A stretch of 54,848 nucleotides of DNA from a virus (taxonomy: Duplodnaviria; Heunggongvirae; Uroviricota; Caudoviricetes), in IMG/VR virus record IMGVR_UViG_3300037346_000580, positions 64,001 through 118,848 of that record; one strand, 5' to 3'. Shown piece after piece: positions 9,100 to 18,046 of this stretch. A program made the position numbers and the translations under genes. Within the stretch, counting starts at the first letter, position 1, and every line of letters begins with the position of its first letter. The notes under the pieces are model-generated. The model had not been told where the DNA came from, did no database searches, and saw only the letters and a program-made list of their open reading frames with translations.

Positions 9100-9101
9100 C
9101 T

Positions 9102-9485
9102 CTATAATGTTATATTAAATCTTTCTTTCATTGCAGCCATTGTTTCTTCCGGAACATTATGTTCGTTTACTCCACCGTGTCGGTTTTCTACTATTAACGA
9201 AAATACAGTATAGCCCAACTCCTCAGCGAGAATATAGTATGCTTCCATCTCCCATTCTTGTGTAAATGTATTGGAAACAATAACTTTAAGTCCCCATTCC
9301 ATTGCTCTTCCGCATTCAAATTGACACCACTCATGTGCATCTTTAACTTTTTCTGGCTTCCAATCATATATTCCATCCTTATTAACATGATACATATCGG
9401 CTTCGAGATGGGTTCCACCTATTGACACAGACAGTGTAGATTTTCCTGCTCCTGGTAATCCTCTTAATAAAAATAACTCCTTCAT
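9102..9485 (-). CDS. P-loop kinase, polynucleotide-kinase-like (AAA_33 type)
   Basis: LLRGLPGAGKST, EAD, VIVSNTF, HNVPEE. Confidence 0.8.
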   Translation of the reverse strand: MKELFLLRGLPGAGKSTLSVSIGGTHLEADMYHVNKDGIYDWKPEKVKDAHEWCQFECGRAMEWGLKVIVSNTFTQEWEMEAYYILAEELGYTVFSLIVENRHGGVNEHNVPEETMAAMKERFNITL

Positions 9486-9784
9486 ATCGGTTCTCCTTTT
9501 TCAAGTTCTTCTTTCCGGTTAAGAAGATCCAGTTCTTTTAATATCTTGACTTTCCATTCTTTCTTAGTTGTTCGATTATCTGTACATGACATGTTTATTT
9601 TGAATGCAAGCTTTGGAACCTCAATCTGAACGGTGGTACCAAAGATTTTTAAGATATCACACCAGCCAGATTTTACCCTTTTAGTTACGATCTCTGTTCC
9701 CTCGTAGAATTCCGTCCATTCCCACTCTTCATCACCCATCAGCTGGTACTTAAGTACCCTTCCATCTATATTAATTTCCTTCAT
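9482..9784 (-). CDS. hypothetical protein
   Basis: 100-aa coupled ORF. Confidence 0.7.
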   Translation of the reverse strand: MKEINIDGRVLKYQLMGDEEWEWTEFYEGTEIVTKRVKSGWCDILKIFGTTVQIEVPKLAFKINMSCTDNRTTKKEWKVKILKELDLLNRKEELEKGEPI

Positions 9785-10428
9785 TATTCTCCGTCCGTAT
9801 GATGATCCTTTGGTAATGATAAGTGCATTTTAGGTCTTCCTTCCAATGCCTTAAGTATTTCGTTCAATGAATATGGCTTGTAGTTATTACCATCTACGCC
9901 AACATCCATTGCTCTACCTTTGTGTATTTTTAAATGGCCAGGTAAATGAACATGACCATGGAGATGCTGATATCCCTTTCCGAGTCCATCCCAGCTAGCT
10001 ATTGGAAAATGACAACATTCGAATGTGTATTTCTTAGTTTCCTTACCCTGAGGAACACGAAGTTCAATTGTTTCAAGTTTATTGACACTAGCAAAAAGAT
10101 CCCTTACATTTTCTTTGTTGTTAGCTATATGGTGATCATGGTTACCTAAAAATAAATGAATAGTTTTACAATTTATTCTATTTCTGAATTCAGATATTGA
10201 TTCTATTCCGCCAAAGCTCCAGTCGCCCAGATGTATTAATATATCATTCTCACCCACTGCTGCATTAAACTCGTATACTAATCTATCATTCATTTCATTC
10301 AAAGAATTGAATTTTCTGGTTCCTCTTCCCTCCGGCCACTGTGATGTAGCACTGCATATATTACTGTGATTATAGTGAGAATCGCTGGTGAAGAATATCT
10401 TCTGATGCCCTTGCAATATTATTTTCAT
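9784..10428 (-). CDS. calcineurin-like metallophosphoesterase
   Basis: FTSDSHYNH, LGDWSFG, LGNHD, CHFP, HLHGHVH, DVGVD. Confidence 0.9.
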   Translation of the reverse strand: MKIILQGHQKIFFTSDSHYNHSNICSATSQWPEGRGTRKFNSLNEMNDRLVYEFNAAVGENDILIHLGDWSFGGIESISEFRNRINCKTIHLFLGNHDHHIANNKENVRDLFASVNKLETIELRVPQGKETKKYTFECCHFPIASWDGLGKGYQHLHGHVHLPGHLKIHKGRAMDVGVDGNNYKPYSLNEILKALEGRPKMHLSLPKDHHTDGE

Positions 10429-10429
10429 A

Positions 10430-10690
10430 CTAATTGAATTTATAGCTTTCCTTAATTATTTTAGCTTTTTTTCCCTCTTTTGTTAATTTTAACAATATTC
10501 TTATTGCTAAATCGTCATGGCCTCCAAATTCACCATATTCATTTATTCCATGACACCCTGGGTGGAAATCCCAAAAGTTCCCTGACATTACACATTTATC
10601 GTCTATTGCTACCGCCGCCATCTCGCAAGATCTGTCAGATTGTACCAATATTATAATTTCTTTTTCCCCCTTGTTATTCAACGTTTCCAT
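10430..10690 (-). CDS. hypothetical protein
   Basis: 86-aa ORF. Confidence 0.65.
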   Translation of the reverse strand: METLNNKGEKEIIILVQSDRSCEMAAVAIDDKCVMSGNFWDFHPGCHGINEYGEFGGHDDLAIRILLKLTKEGKKAKIIKESYKFN

Positions 10691-10889
10691 CTATATTCTT
10701 AGTTTGTGATTTAAAGTATCCTCTAACCCTCTTTTGCCACTTTTTCTTATCGAACCTGCCATAAGCACGGCCTTTCTCCGACATGCTTCCGATCGGTCTC
10801 GTAATATGAGATATACAGCTTTTGCAATCGTTGATTCCCTGTAATCTAGAATCTGCTCCAGCCTTATGTCTTCTCCCCTTATTTTTCAT
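10674..10889 (-). CDS. small basic hypothetical protein
   Basis: likely start ATG 10889 (MKNKGRR). Confidence 0.55.
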   Translation of the reverse strand: MKNKGRRHKAGADSRLQGINDCKSCISHITRPIGSMSEKGRAYGRFDKKKWQKRVRGYFKSQTKNIDGNVE

Positions 10890-11034
10890 AATCTGCAATC
10901 TGGGTTTTTAACTCCTTAATTTTATCCATCACATCATGTCTTCGGTAACCCGGCTTCATTGGATGAACTATATGTTGCTCCAATTGGGCAATTGCAAACT
11001 CTAGCTTTTCTTTTTCTATTTGTTGCTGCGTCAT
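10879..11034 (-). CDS. small hypothetical protein (51 aa, not in track)
   Basis: MTQQQIEKEKLEFAIAQLEQHIVHPMKPGYRRHDVMDKIKELKTQIADYEK; ATGA-coupled. Confidence 0.6.
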   Translation of the reverse strand: MTQQQIEKEKLEFAIAQLEQHIVHPMKPGYRRHDVMDKIKELKTQIADYEK

Positions 11035-11249
11035 TCAATTTCAGGTTCTAAAATTCTATTAATCTCTAATATTTTTTCGTTTCTTCCTCTTATCCTGCCA
11101 GCATTAAATCCAAGATTAAATATCATCCTATGTATTTCATCAATTTGATAATAATCTGGTATTTTAATTTCCATTTCTAAACCAGGAACCCAGAATTTGC
11201 GGTCCTTTATATGGGGGAAACCAAATTTTACTATTTGTGATACTGTCAT
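11031..11249 (-). CDS. hypothetical protein
   Basis: 72-aa coupled ORF. Confidence 0.6.
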   Translation of the reverse strand: MTVSQIVKFGFPHIKDRKFWVPGLEMEIKIPDYYQIDEIHRMIFNLGFNAGRIRGRNEKILEINRILEPEIE

Positions 11250-11485
11250 TATTGGATATAATTTTTATTCATTAAACCATTATGTGTTAATACACCAATT
11301 AGCCAATAAATATTAAGGTCCTTGCTAAACATATGTCCTTGGTCCATTTCTACACAATAGTGATCATCCTCTATAATAACTGAACAGTATTCATTAAAAA
11401 ACCCGCGCCCATTATCTTCAAACCCATTCTTACCTAAAAATTCACCTACCTTAGATCTTACCTTATGGTTTACTATTTCTTCCAT
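11249..11485 (-). CDS. hypothetical protein
   Basis: 78-aa coupled ORF. Confidence 0.65.
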   Translation of the reverse strand: MEEIVNHKVRSKVGEFLGKNGFEDNGRGFFNEYCSVIIEDDHYCVEMDQGHMFSKDLNIYWLIGVLTHNGLMNKNYIQ

Positions 11486-11778
11486 TTCTTATTTTTAAAT
11501 AATCTTGTTATTCTTGCCCGCAATGTATAATATTCTGGACTTTCCATCCTTCTGACGAAATCGATTTTTTCGGTGTGTTTCAGATCATCGAATCCATACC
11601 AATTTTTTATATAACTAATAGATTCATTTAATCCAGAAACCTCCGTTCTTTTAGCTACTAGTTTTATGAATTCGTTAGGAACAATATTTGTGTAATTACA
11701 TAAAGTTTCTATTTTGGAATTACTAATCTTATTAGTTCTTTTTTGGTTTAATAAAAAGAATGGTGCTGGTGTTATCAT
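11473..11778 (-). CDS. hypothetical protein
   Basis: 101-aa coupled ORF. Confidence 0.55.
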   Translation of the reverse strand: MITPAPFFLLNQKRTNKISNSKIETLCNYTNIVPNEFIKLVAKRTEVSGLNESISYIKNWYGFDDLKHTEKIDFVRRMESPEYYTLRARITRLFKNKKWKK

Positions 11779-12899
11779 AATTTATTTCTATTTGTTGAAT
11801 AGTTAGTCCAAAATGGTTTTTCATAATCAGGTCTGATCTGATTCCATATTGATCTTGAATAGTCAGAATTTGTGTGATGTGCTAGTAGATATCCACTCAA
11901 TCTATGATGCTTAACAAGACCAAAAAACTCCTTATTATATGCTTTAAGGATCGGAGAATTTCTATCTTCTCTATCTGTTTCTGAAGGCATCTGACTTTTA
12001 ACCTTCTTAATTATAAGTTTATATTCAGCTTTTACTGTTGTATCTATGAAATTAAAATTTGATTTCAGATCATTCTCAATATTAGTAACCCAGACATCAT
12101 ATTCATCAGGTACGTCAATCATTCTTGATCTATAATCGGTACCTTCTCTTAAACATTCCCATATATCCAAATTTGAGAATCTAGTTAAAACTCCATGTAG
12201 TCTAACATATTCCTCGCCCTTGGCCTTAACCCTTGTACCATCAGAGAATCTTATAACGAATCCCTCCTGATTGTCGCATATTAGCGATTTTATTTTTTTA
12301 AGATCTTTTATGCCATCATATCTTTTAGCACATTCAAATCCGGTTCTTTCAGCAATAGCAATTAACTCATTATATGTGGTTTCCCTTCCGTTATCGTTTT
12401 TAAACGCACCAAGAAGAACTAATTTTTCTTCATCACCATAGGAACAAACAATTCTATTCTTTGGATATAGGATCTCAAAAAGAAAAGTGAATTTCTCAGA
12501 GAAAACATCCTTATAAGTTTCATTTCTTTTTAATATCTCCTGTGCATAAATAGCAACATCTGAATAAAAAGATCCTTGTGTTGCCAAATGCCATTCGTCC
12601 ATATAATTGAAAAGTATCCCTAATGATCCATCAAGTTTCTCAAAAACTTCAAATGGAAGATTTGGAAAATTGTCCGACTCTATATTGAAAAATTTCGGAA
12701 ACGTTTTAGCAACAACATTTCCTTCATCATCCAGAACAGTCCCTCTCATATTCATAGTAACATCGTCCCAATTCCATTCGAATTGACAATTACGAGAATA
12801 TTTATAAATAGCTATTGGAAGCTCCTTGTGCTCACATTTATCAAGCAATCCCTTTGCTACATATTCATTGATTGTTTCAATATTGTATCTCATTTTCAT
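11775..12899 (-). CDS. RNA ligase, T4 Rnl1 family
   Basis: KTFPKFFN, motif I EKLDGSLGI, FEIL, motif IV EGFVIRF, motif V KAKGEEY. Confidence 0.9.
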   Translation of the reverse strand: MKMRYNIETINEYVAKGLLDKCEHKELPIAIYKYSRNCQFEWNWDDVTMNMRGTVLDDEGNVVAKTFPKFFNIESDNFPNLPFEVFEKLDGSLGILFNYMDEWHLATQGSFYSDVAIYAQEILKRNETYKDVFSEKFTFLFEILYPKNRIVCSYGDEEKLVLLGAFKNDNGRETTYNELIAIAERTGFECAKRYDGIKDLKKIKSLICDNQEGFVIRFSDGTRVKAKGEEYVRLHGVLTRFSNLDIWECLREGTDYRSRMIDVPDEYDVWVTNIENDLKSNFNFIDTTVKAEYKLIIKKVKSQMPSETDREDRNSPILKAYNKEFFGLVKHHRLSGYLLAHHTNSDYSRSIWNQIRPDYEKPFWTNYSTNRNKL

Positions 12900-13347
12900 C
12901 CAGTTTTTTTTCGATGTATGATGCTATGTTTATGACAGAATTGTCATCTATCCAATTATAAGAAACCTCATTAAAGACAACAGAAAAATCTCCGTCCGTC
13001 CAATCATAGATTGCCTCGTCAAATGTTTCTATTGTTATAGTTCTAGAATCTAGATCTTTTAATATGGATGTCAACATCTCAGATCTTGAAACCACTCTAG
13101 ATCTTTTTGGTCCAAAATAGAATCTATTCCCCGTTGCTCCGCTTCTTAACATCAAATCGAGTTCAGTATAATCACCAATCAATTTATAATTATCAATAAC
13201 ATAGATTTTGGCAGCTTCAATCAAAGAATTGTGTGCAACCCATATTTTACTATTATTATTCTGAAAATTCATCTCTGAATATTCCTTAGTTGATCTTATG
13301 TGATTTAGAGCTCTCTCCTCGGCTTCTGCCAGATCTTTATTCATCAT
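12877..13347 (-). CDS. hypothetical protein
   Basis: 156-aa ORF behind an early-type promoter. Confidence 0.7.
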   Translation of the reverse strand: MMNKDLAEAEERALNHIRSTKEYSEMNFQNNNSKIWVAHNSLIEAAKIYVIDNYKLIGDYTELDLMLRSGATGNRFYFGPKRSRVVSRSEMLTSILKDLDSRTITIETFDEAIYDWTDGDFSVVFNEVSYNWIDDNSVINIASYIEKKLDENEIQY

Positions 13348-13363
13348 TTTATTTTTTATATTA

Positions 13364-13394
13364 CAAAAGTAATAAATTCTTTCGGAATATAAAA
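13364..13394 (-). promoter_or_regulatory. early-type promoter CCG-N11-TACTTTTG
   Basis: core 13371-13364, CCG 13385-13383. Confidence 0.65.
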
Positions 13395-13402
13395 ATAATT
13401 TA

Positions 13403-14845
13403 TCAAAATCTTTTTAAAATGTAAACTTTCTTGCTCGATCTTGTATAAGCAGTATATTTAATTCTATTTCTTTCAACAACATTATAGTTTTCGTCAATGT
13501 CATCCTCAATTACGAATGTTGTGTTATATGTACTTCCCTGACTTTTATGTGCAGTTATAGCATATCCATAACTTATATCAGCGAAATTTCTAAGAAAATC
13601 ATAATAATCAAGCCAGCTCCTGTCCCTACCTTTTTTTTCTATCGCCTTCAACTTAAGAAGATTTGCAATTTTGGAAAATTCAGCTTCACTATCCTCATGT
13701 AATATTTCTATGTGGGTCTTCTCTATTTCATCTTCGTCATTGAGATAAGATACTACTGTATCATAGAACTTTAGTTTAACCTCGACAACAGGTGAAAATG
13801 TTTTAAGCACCATATTTTTTTCTTTTATATTCGTCGATTCAACTGAAAATTCATCATTGGTGTTAAATAATATAAGATTTCCCTGTATGATTATAGGGGT
13901 ATTGGCAATCAATTTCTCACCTACCAGGATTTTAGTTTTGCTCCCGTCTTCACCAAAAAGAATCCTTCTGACAATATTATTCATGCTGGTAACCGTTTTA
14001 TTCCTCCATGCTATTATTTTGCAATATTCGGGATCTTTGTTGAATTCTTCAGATTTAAAATATCTAGAAAGTATATCACCAAATCCCCTTCTGGTTTCAC
14101 TATCATTAAGGTTTAGAAATTCTACACCCTCACCGTGACTATTCAATGATGTAATAGGCGGTACTGGATTTCTTTCCGACCAAAGGTCCTCCCTGATCAT
14201 AACAGAGGATTCTATTATTGCATTACCTTCCTTCTGCCTCATTATTCTTTTGAGCTGAAGAGTCTTTATGCCATATACATCCGCTAGCTCGTCTCTGAAT
14301 GGAATACAGTCAGGTTTACCAACTGGTGGAATTTGTGCAGGATCTCCCATACAAATAATCTTTAACCTATCCCTATATTTAAGAACCTCATGGAAAAGCT
14401 CGTCATTAAGCATGGAAACCTCATCTATAATTAAGAGCTTAATTGAGTTGATCTGGGGTTTAAAGTTTTTCTCCTGATTGACAAAAACCTGCTGTCCATC
14501 GTTTGTTATCTTCTCCGTTAAGCCAAGCAGTTTATGTATAGTTTGGAATGTAACTCTAGGATTCCTAAGATTACTAGTTTTCTTTATAACTCTAACTGAC
14601 TTGTTTGTTGGTCCTGTTACTGCTATCTTATACCAAGCACTTTTGGGATGAACGACTTCTAAAATGTATCTAGCAAGAACACTTATACAAAAGGTTTTGC
14701 CTGTACCTGCCCATCCTTTAAGAACGTAAACATTTTCGTCGCTAGTGTCGCATATAAAGTCTCTCAGATTTTCAAAAGCTTCCTTCTGGTCGGAATTTAG
14801 AACATCTATATCAACTATTGGTTTTTTCTTTCTCTTTGGAGTCAT
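13403..14845 (-). CDS. Dda/RecD-like SF1B DNA helicase
   Basis: GWAGTGKT, TIHKLL, IIDEVSM, GDPAQIPPV, IMRQ, YAITAHKSQGSTY, YTAYTR. Confidence 0.9.
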   Translation of the reverse strand: MTPKRKKKPIVDIDVLNSDQKEAFENLRDFICDTSDENVYVLKGWAGTGKTFCISVLARYILEVVHPKSAWYKIAVTGPTNKSVRVIKKTSNLRNPRVTFQTIHKLLGLTEKITNDGQQVFVNQEKNFKPQINSIKLLIIDEVSMLNDELFHEVLKYRDRLKIICMGDPAQIPPVGKPDCIPFRDELADVYGIKTLQLKRIMRQKEGNAIIESSVMIREDLWSERNPVPPITSLNSHGEGVEFLNLNDSETRRGFGDILSRYFKSEEFNKDPEYCKIIAWRNKTVTSMNNIVRRILFGEDGSKTKILVGEKLIANTPIIIQGNLILFNTNDEFSVESTNIKEKNMVLKTFSPVVEVKLKFYDTVVSYLNDEDEIEKTHIEILHEDSEAEFSKIANLLKLKAIEKKGRDRSWLDYYDFLRNFADISYGYAITAHKSQGSTYNTTFVIEDDIDENYNVVERNRIKYTAYTRSSKKVYILKRF

Positions 14846-15195
14846 TAAAATTCTGGGTTTAAGGAAACATCATTGGTCAATTTAAAAACCATATCCAGGA
14901 GGTCAAACATGGTTTTAGTCATTGTATCCTGATTTCTATCTGTTATCGGTTTTGCTAGTTCCTCTATTGTCACAGCAGCATCTCTGCACTCCTTTTTATA
15001 CTTATGATCTCTAATTCTAGAAACACCACTTATTGGCATCCATTGTTTCTGTATCGTCCCGTGCGTCCCTCCCGAATAATCACCTTCAAGTTCAAGCTCA
15101 CATTCTCTAACGCCTACAATCTTTAGCGGTTCTCCATGATCATAGATATCTCTATGATAAACAGTCTGACCAAGTTTGAATTCTGGGTTTCCCAT
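14845..15195 (-). CDS. hypothetical protein
   Basis: 116-aa coupled ORF. Confidence 0.7.
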   Translation of the reverse strand: MGNPEFKLGQTVYHRDIYDHGEPLKIVGVRECELELEGDYSGGTHGTIQKQWMPISGVSRIRDHKYKKECRDAAVTIEELAKPITDRNQDTMTKTMFDLLDMVFKLTNDVSLNPEF

Positions 15196-15210
15196 GTTTT
15201 ATTATTTTTA

Positions 15211-15834
15211 TTAAGGTTGGTATAGACAAGTTGGATTATCCTTGTGAACGTCTATTTTTGGCCAATGCTTTTCAAATTCATCCAGTCTGAATGGGCTAAC
15301 TATAAGATGCATACCATTCATAGTTTGTATTCTTGTTATATTCTGGATAGCATCTGGTCTATATGATTTAGTTACTGACTCGATTGAAAAAATAACTGAA
15401 TCTACATATATCTCCTTAGTGAATCCTTGCGGTATTTCACTCCAATCCAAATCAACTATCCATGTCTTATTTTTTTCCGATTGATACTTACCTGCACATG
15501 ACGCATAGACGCTCCTAGCCGGCTTATAATTTTCAGACAACACATATTCAACCATAAGCTTTAAAGCCTCGCTAGCGACACGTTTCTCATCCCTACGATT
15601 AAGTCTGAAGTATGCTCTGGCATTCTCAGCTTCACATTGTCTGATTATCATCGGTTTCAGGTCGTCATATTTAGCTAAGCTGTCTATATAATAGTCAGCT
15701 ATGTGTATCATATCCTTCCCAAGATCAGGATTATCCTTACGTCTTTTCAATATTTGAAGAAAATAAAAAGTACCACCGATCGAGAAATCCAGCATACCCC
15801 TTATCTGATCAAAATTATTCATTGGCATTCTCAT
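15211..15834 (-). CDS. conserved phage hypothetical protein
   Basis: 207 aa; FYFLQILKRRKDNP, WIVDLD, T.NG.HLI.SPF, DNPTCLY. Confidence 0.7.
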   Translation of the reverse strand: MRMPMNNFDQIRGMLDFSIGGTFYFLQILKRRKDNPDLGKDMIHIADYYIDSLAKYDDLKPMIIRQCEAENARAYFRLNRRDEKRVASEALKLMVEYVLSENYKPARSVYASCAGKYQSEKNKTWIVDLDWSEIPQGFTKEIYVDSVIFSIESVTKSYRPDAIQNITRIQTMNGMHLIVSPFRLDEFEKHWPKIDVHKDNPTCLYQP

Positions 15835-16234
15835 ATTTTATTTTATTTTTAGTAAATATACAATCCCTACCTATTCTGTGATGCCCATACCACGTTGAAC
15901 ACCATATATGAATTTCACCCTCAGGATCCTTTATGTACTTAAAGACCTCATGGACAGATCCATCCTCGACATTCTTAACCCACAAATCTGGGAAATCCGT
16001 AGAATATGGGAAATCATAGGGTGACTTTGGTACAAGCTTTGCAATTTTTGGTTCACCGCGATCATCCTCTATCAAATAGGCATCAACCCTTTCACCATCA
16101 TTAATAGAATGGATATATTCTGGGGATAGCTGTACTTCTTTCATATGAACAGAATCACCATCCTCTATTAGATATACCCATCTGAATATCCAGTTATTAT
16201 CTTTTCTTACTACGTATCCTTTAGTTGTTATCAT
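15815..16234 (-). CDS. hypothetical protein
   Basis: likely start ATG 16234 (MITTKGYVV), overlapping the full-length NUDIX end. Confidence 0.65.
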   Translation of the reverse strand: MITTKGYVVRKDNNWIFRWVYLIEDGDSVHMKEVQLSPEYIHSINDGERVDAYLIEDDRGEPKIAKLVPKSPYDFPYSTDFPDLWVKNVEDGSVHEVFKYIKDPEGEIHIWCSTWYGHHRIGRDCIFTKNKIKYENANE

Positions 16235-16619
16235 TCTTAGTTTTTTTATAATCTGATAATGACTTGAAAACCTTAAGATTCCATTCACCATATGTTCCGG
16301 ATACAAGGTCAGTAAAATCACCTCATTTAACAATATGTGGTTCTTCCGTTTCTATATCACCATACCATTCAGTTGCTAGGTATGTATAACCCATGGAGCC
16401 TCTTCTATGTTCTGCGTATATCAATTTTGCTTCCTTTACAATTATACCAGTTTCCTCTAATGTTTCTCTTATAGCTGCTGCCTTATTGCTGATATCCTTT
16501 TTTTCGATTTTTCCGCCTGGCAATCCGAAATCATTATGATCATCCTTCCTACTAACACAAAGAACCTGGCCATTATTATTTAATACTACAACGTGTGCAC
16601 TTGATTTTTTTCTTACCAT
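16221..16619 (-). pseudogene. NUDIX hydrolase with in-frame TGA
   Basis: Nudix box GGKIEKKDISNKAAAIRETLEETG; after TGA 16323-16325 the frame continues GDFTDLVSGTYGEWNLKVFKSL.. to TAA 16221. Confidence 0.75.
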
Positions 16620-16621
16620 CT

Positions 16622-16906
16622 CTATATCTTACAAATCGTTTTTGTTGCTTCTTTTACATCCATAGGACTGCTAATTTGGACTTCGTTAAATGTTTCTACC
16701 CAAACCTTGGCACCACACGCTAATGGATTATTTGGTGAATATATCACCCTTGCAGCTTCCTTTCCATCCTGTCCCAATATAACTATATCATTCGAATACT
16801 TATTTCCTTTATGAGTCTTGCAAGTTAATACAGGTCTATCCTCACCCTTAGCATTGGCTTTTATATTATGCTGATTAACATGTATAATTGTTCTTGCTTT
16901 TCTCAT
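16622..16906 (-). CDS. conserved phage hypothetical protein
   Basis: IIHVNQHNIKAN..PVLTCKT..YSP..PLACGAKVWVET. Confidence 0.7.
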   Translation of the reverse strand: MRKARTIIHVNQHNIKANAKGEDRPVLTCKTHKGNKYSNDIVILGQDGKEAARVIYSPNNPLACGAKVWVETFNEVQISSPMDVKEATKTICKI

Positions 16907-16910
16907 ATTG

Positions 16911-16940
16911 CAAAGATAAAAAAATGTTGCGGATTAAAAA
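16911..16940 (-). promoter_or_regulatory. early-type promoter CCG-N11-TATCTTTG
   Basis: core 16918-16911, CCG 16932-16930. Confidence 0.7.
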
Positions 16941-16981
16941 AATAAATGTGAATTTATTTGGATTTATTGGATAGTTTATCA

Positions 16982-17764
16982 TCAATTAATTGGTATTATT
17001 ACATTGTCCATTATATCAAAGGTAACGTCCTTATAACCAAGCATCTCCAGTTTAAGTCTAGATATATCAAGAGAGGTATTTCTTGTTTCCCCTATTCCAC
17101 CCTTATGACTTATATCAAATTTAAAATTCTCAGATGGAACCGTATATGTAGGTGGATTAAAATGAAAATAAGCATTTATATAACTCTCGTCATTGACTCC
17201 AGGTTCATATGGTATTTTTTTATCCTGAATCTGCCATTCTCTAAGGGTTTTACAAAAATCAACAACCTGATCTTTCTTACCACCAAAAAATGCACCATAA
17301 TGATATGTATATGGTAGTGTGCTATCTAAAGGAACATAAGCCCTGGATAATTCAAATCTATCGAATCCCACACCATTAGCTAGCCATGTTTTGTTTCCAT
17401 AATGCTCACCCCCTACCAGATCACCAATAAACCATTCCTCCGTGAAATTTTCGGACACACTAGTATCTGCATCAAAATAATATAAATAATCGCTACTGCA
17501 TTCTGATAGATTAATTATATTTCTAAATTTATCATTAGTAGCATCAACCCAGCTATCATGCTTGGATGTATAATACTCAAAATTTATATCATCCTGTAGA
17601 TAATCAGAGGGATCTGTATCAGAGAAAAAGTAGAACTTAATCTCGCAATCACCCATATAGTGATGAATAAATTTCTTTATAAATCTGATACCAAGTACAA
17701 AGTATGAATTGGTAGCTAATATGACGATTCCTATTTTTTTTCTTTCCATAAATATTCTACTCAT
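16982..17764 (-). CDS. family 6 (ABO-like) glycosyltransferase
   Basis: IGIVILATNSY, YLYYFDAD, GDLVGGEHYG, YHYGAFFGG, DESYINAYF; start may be ATG 17749. Confidence 0.8.
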   Translation of the reverse strand: MSRIFMERKKIGIVILATNSYFVLGIRFIKKFIHHYMGDCEIKFYFFSDTDPSDYLQDDINFEYYTSKHDSWVDATNDKFRNIINLSECSSDYLYYFDADTSVSENFTEEWFIGDLVGGEHYGNKTWLANGVGFDRFELSRAYVPLDSTLPYTYHYGAFFGGKKDQVVDFCKTLREWQIQDKKIPYEPGVNDESYINAYFHFNPPTYTVPSENFKFDISHKGGIGETRNTSLDISRLKLEMLGYKDVTFDIMDNVIIPIN

Positions 17765-17771
17765 ATATCAA

Positions 17772-17801
17772 AAAAAATTCCGGACAAAGCCGGAATTTTT
17801 T
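17772..17801. terminator. intrinsic terminator (bidirectional-type)
   Basis: aaaaaattccgg-acaaag-ccggaatttttt. Confidence 0.75.
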
Positions 17802-18046
17802 TAAAAATCATCAAATGGTATTATATTTCGGAGAGGTGGTGAATTCTCACTTAACTTCTGGTTTGGTTGCATTACTGGTGAGCTTTGGACCCACTTAGAA
17901 ATATTTAGGGTTTTAGCTGCTGCTCTCTCGTGATATGCTTTATGTGGAAAAGCTCCGCATGTTGGGCATTCCTTTTCAGGATCAGCTATTTGCTTACCAC
18001 AGCCATCACAGACTTCCTGTTTTTTCCTTTCGTCAATTGCTTCCAT
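17801..18046 (-). CDS. zinc-ribbon protein
   Basis: CDGC...CPTC. Confidence 0.65.
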   Translation of the reverse strand: MEAIDERKKQEVCDGCGKQIADPEKECPTCGAFPHKAYHERAAAKTLNISKWVQSSPVMQPNQKLSENSPPLRNIIPFDDF

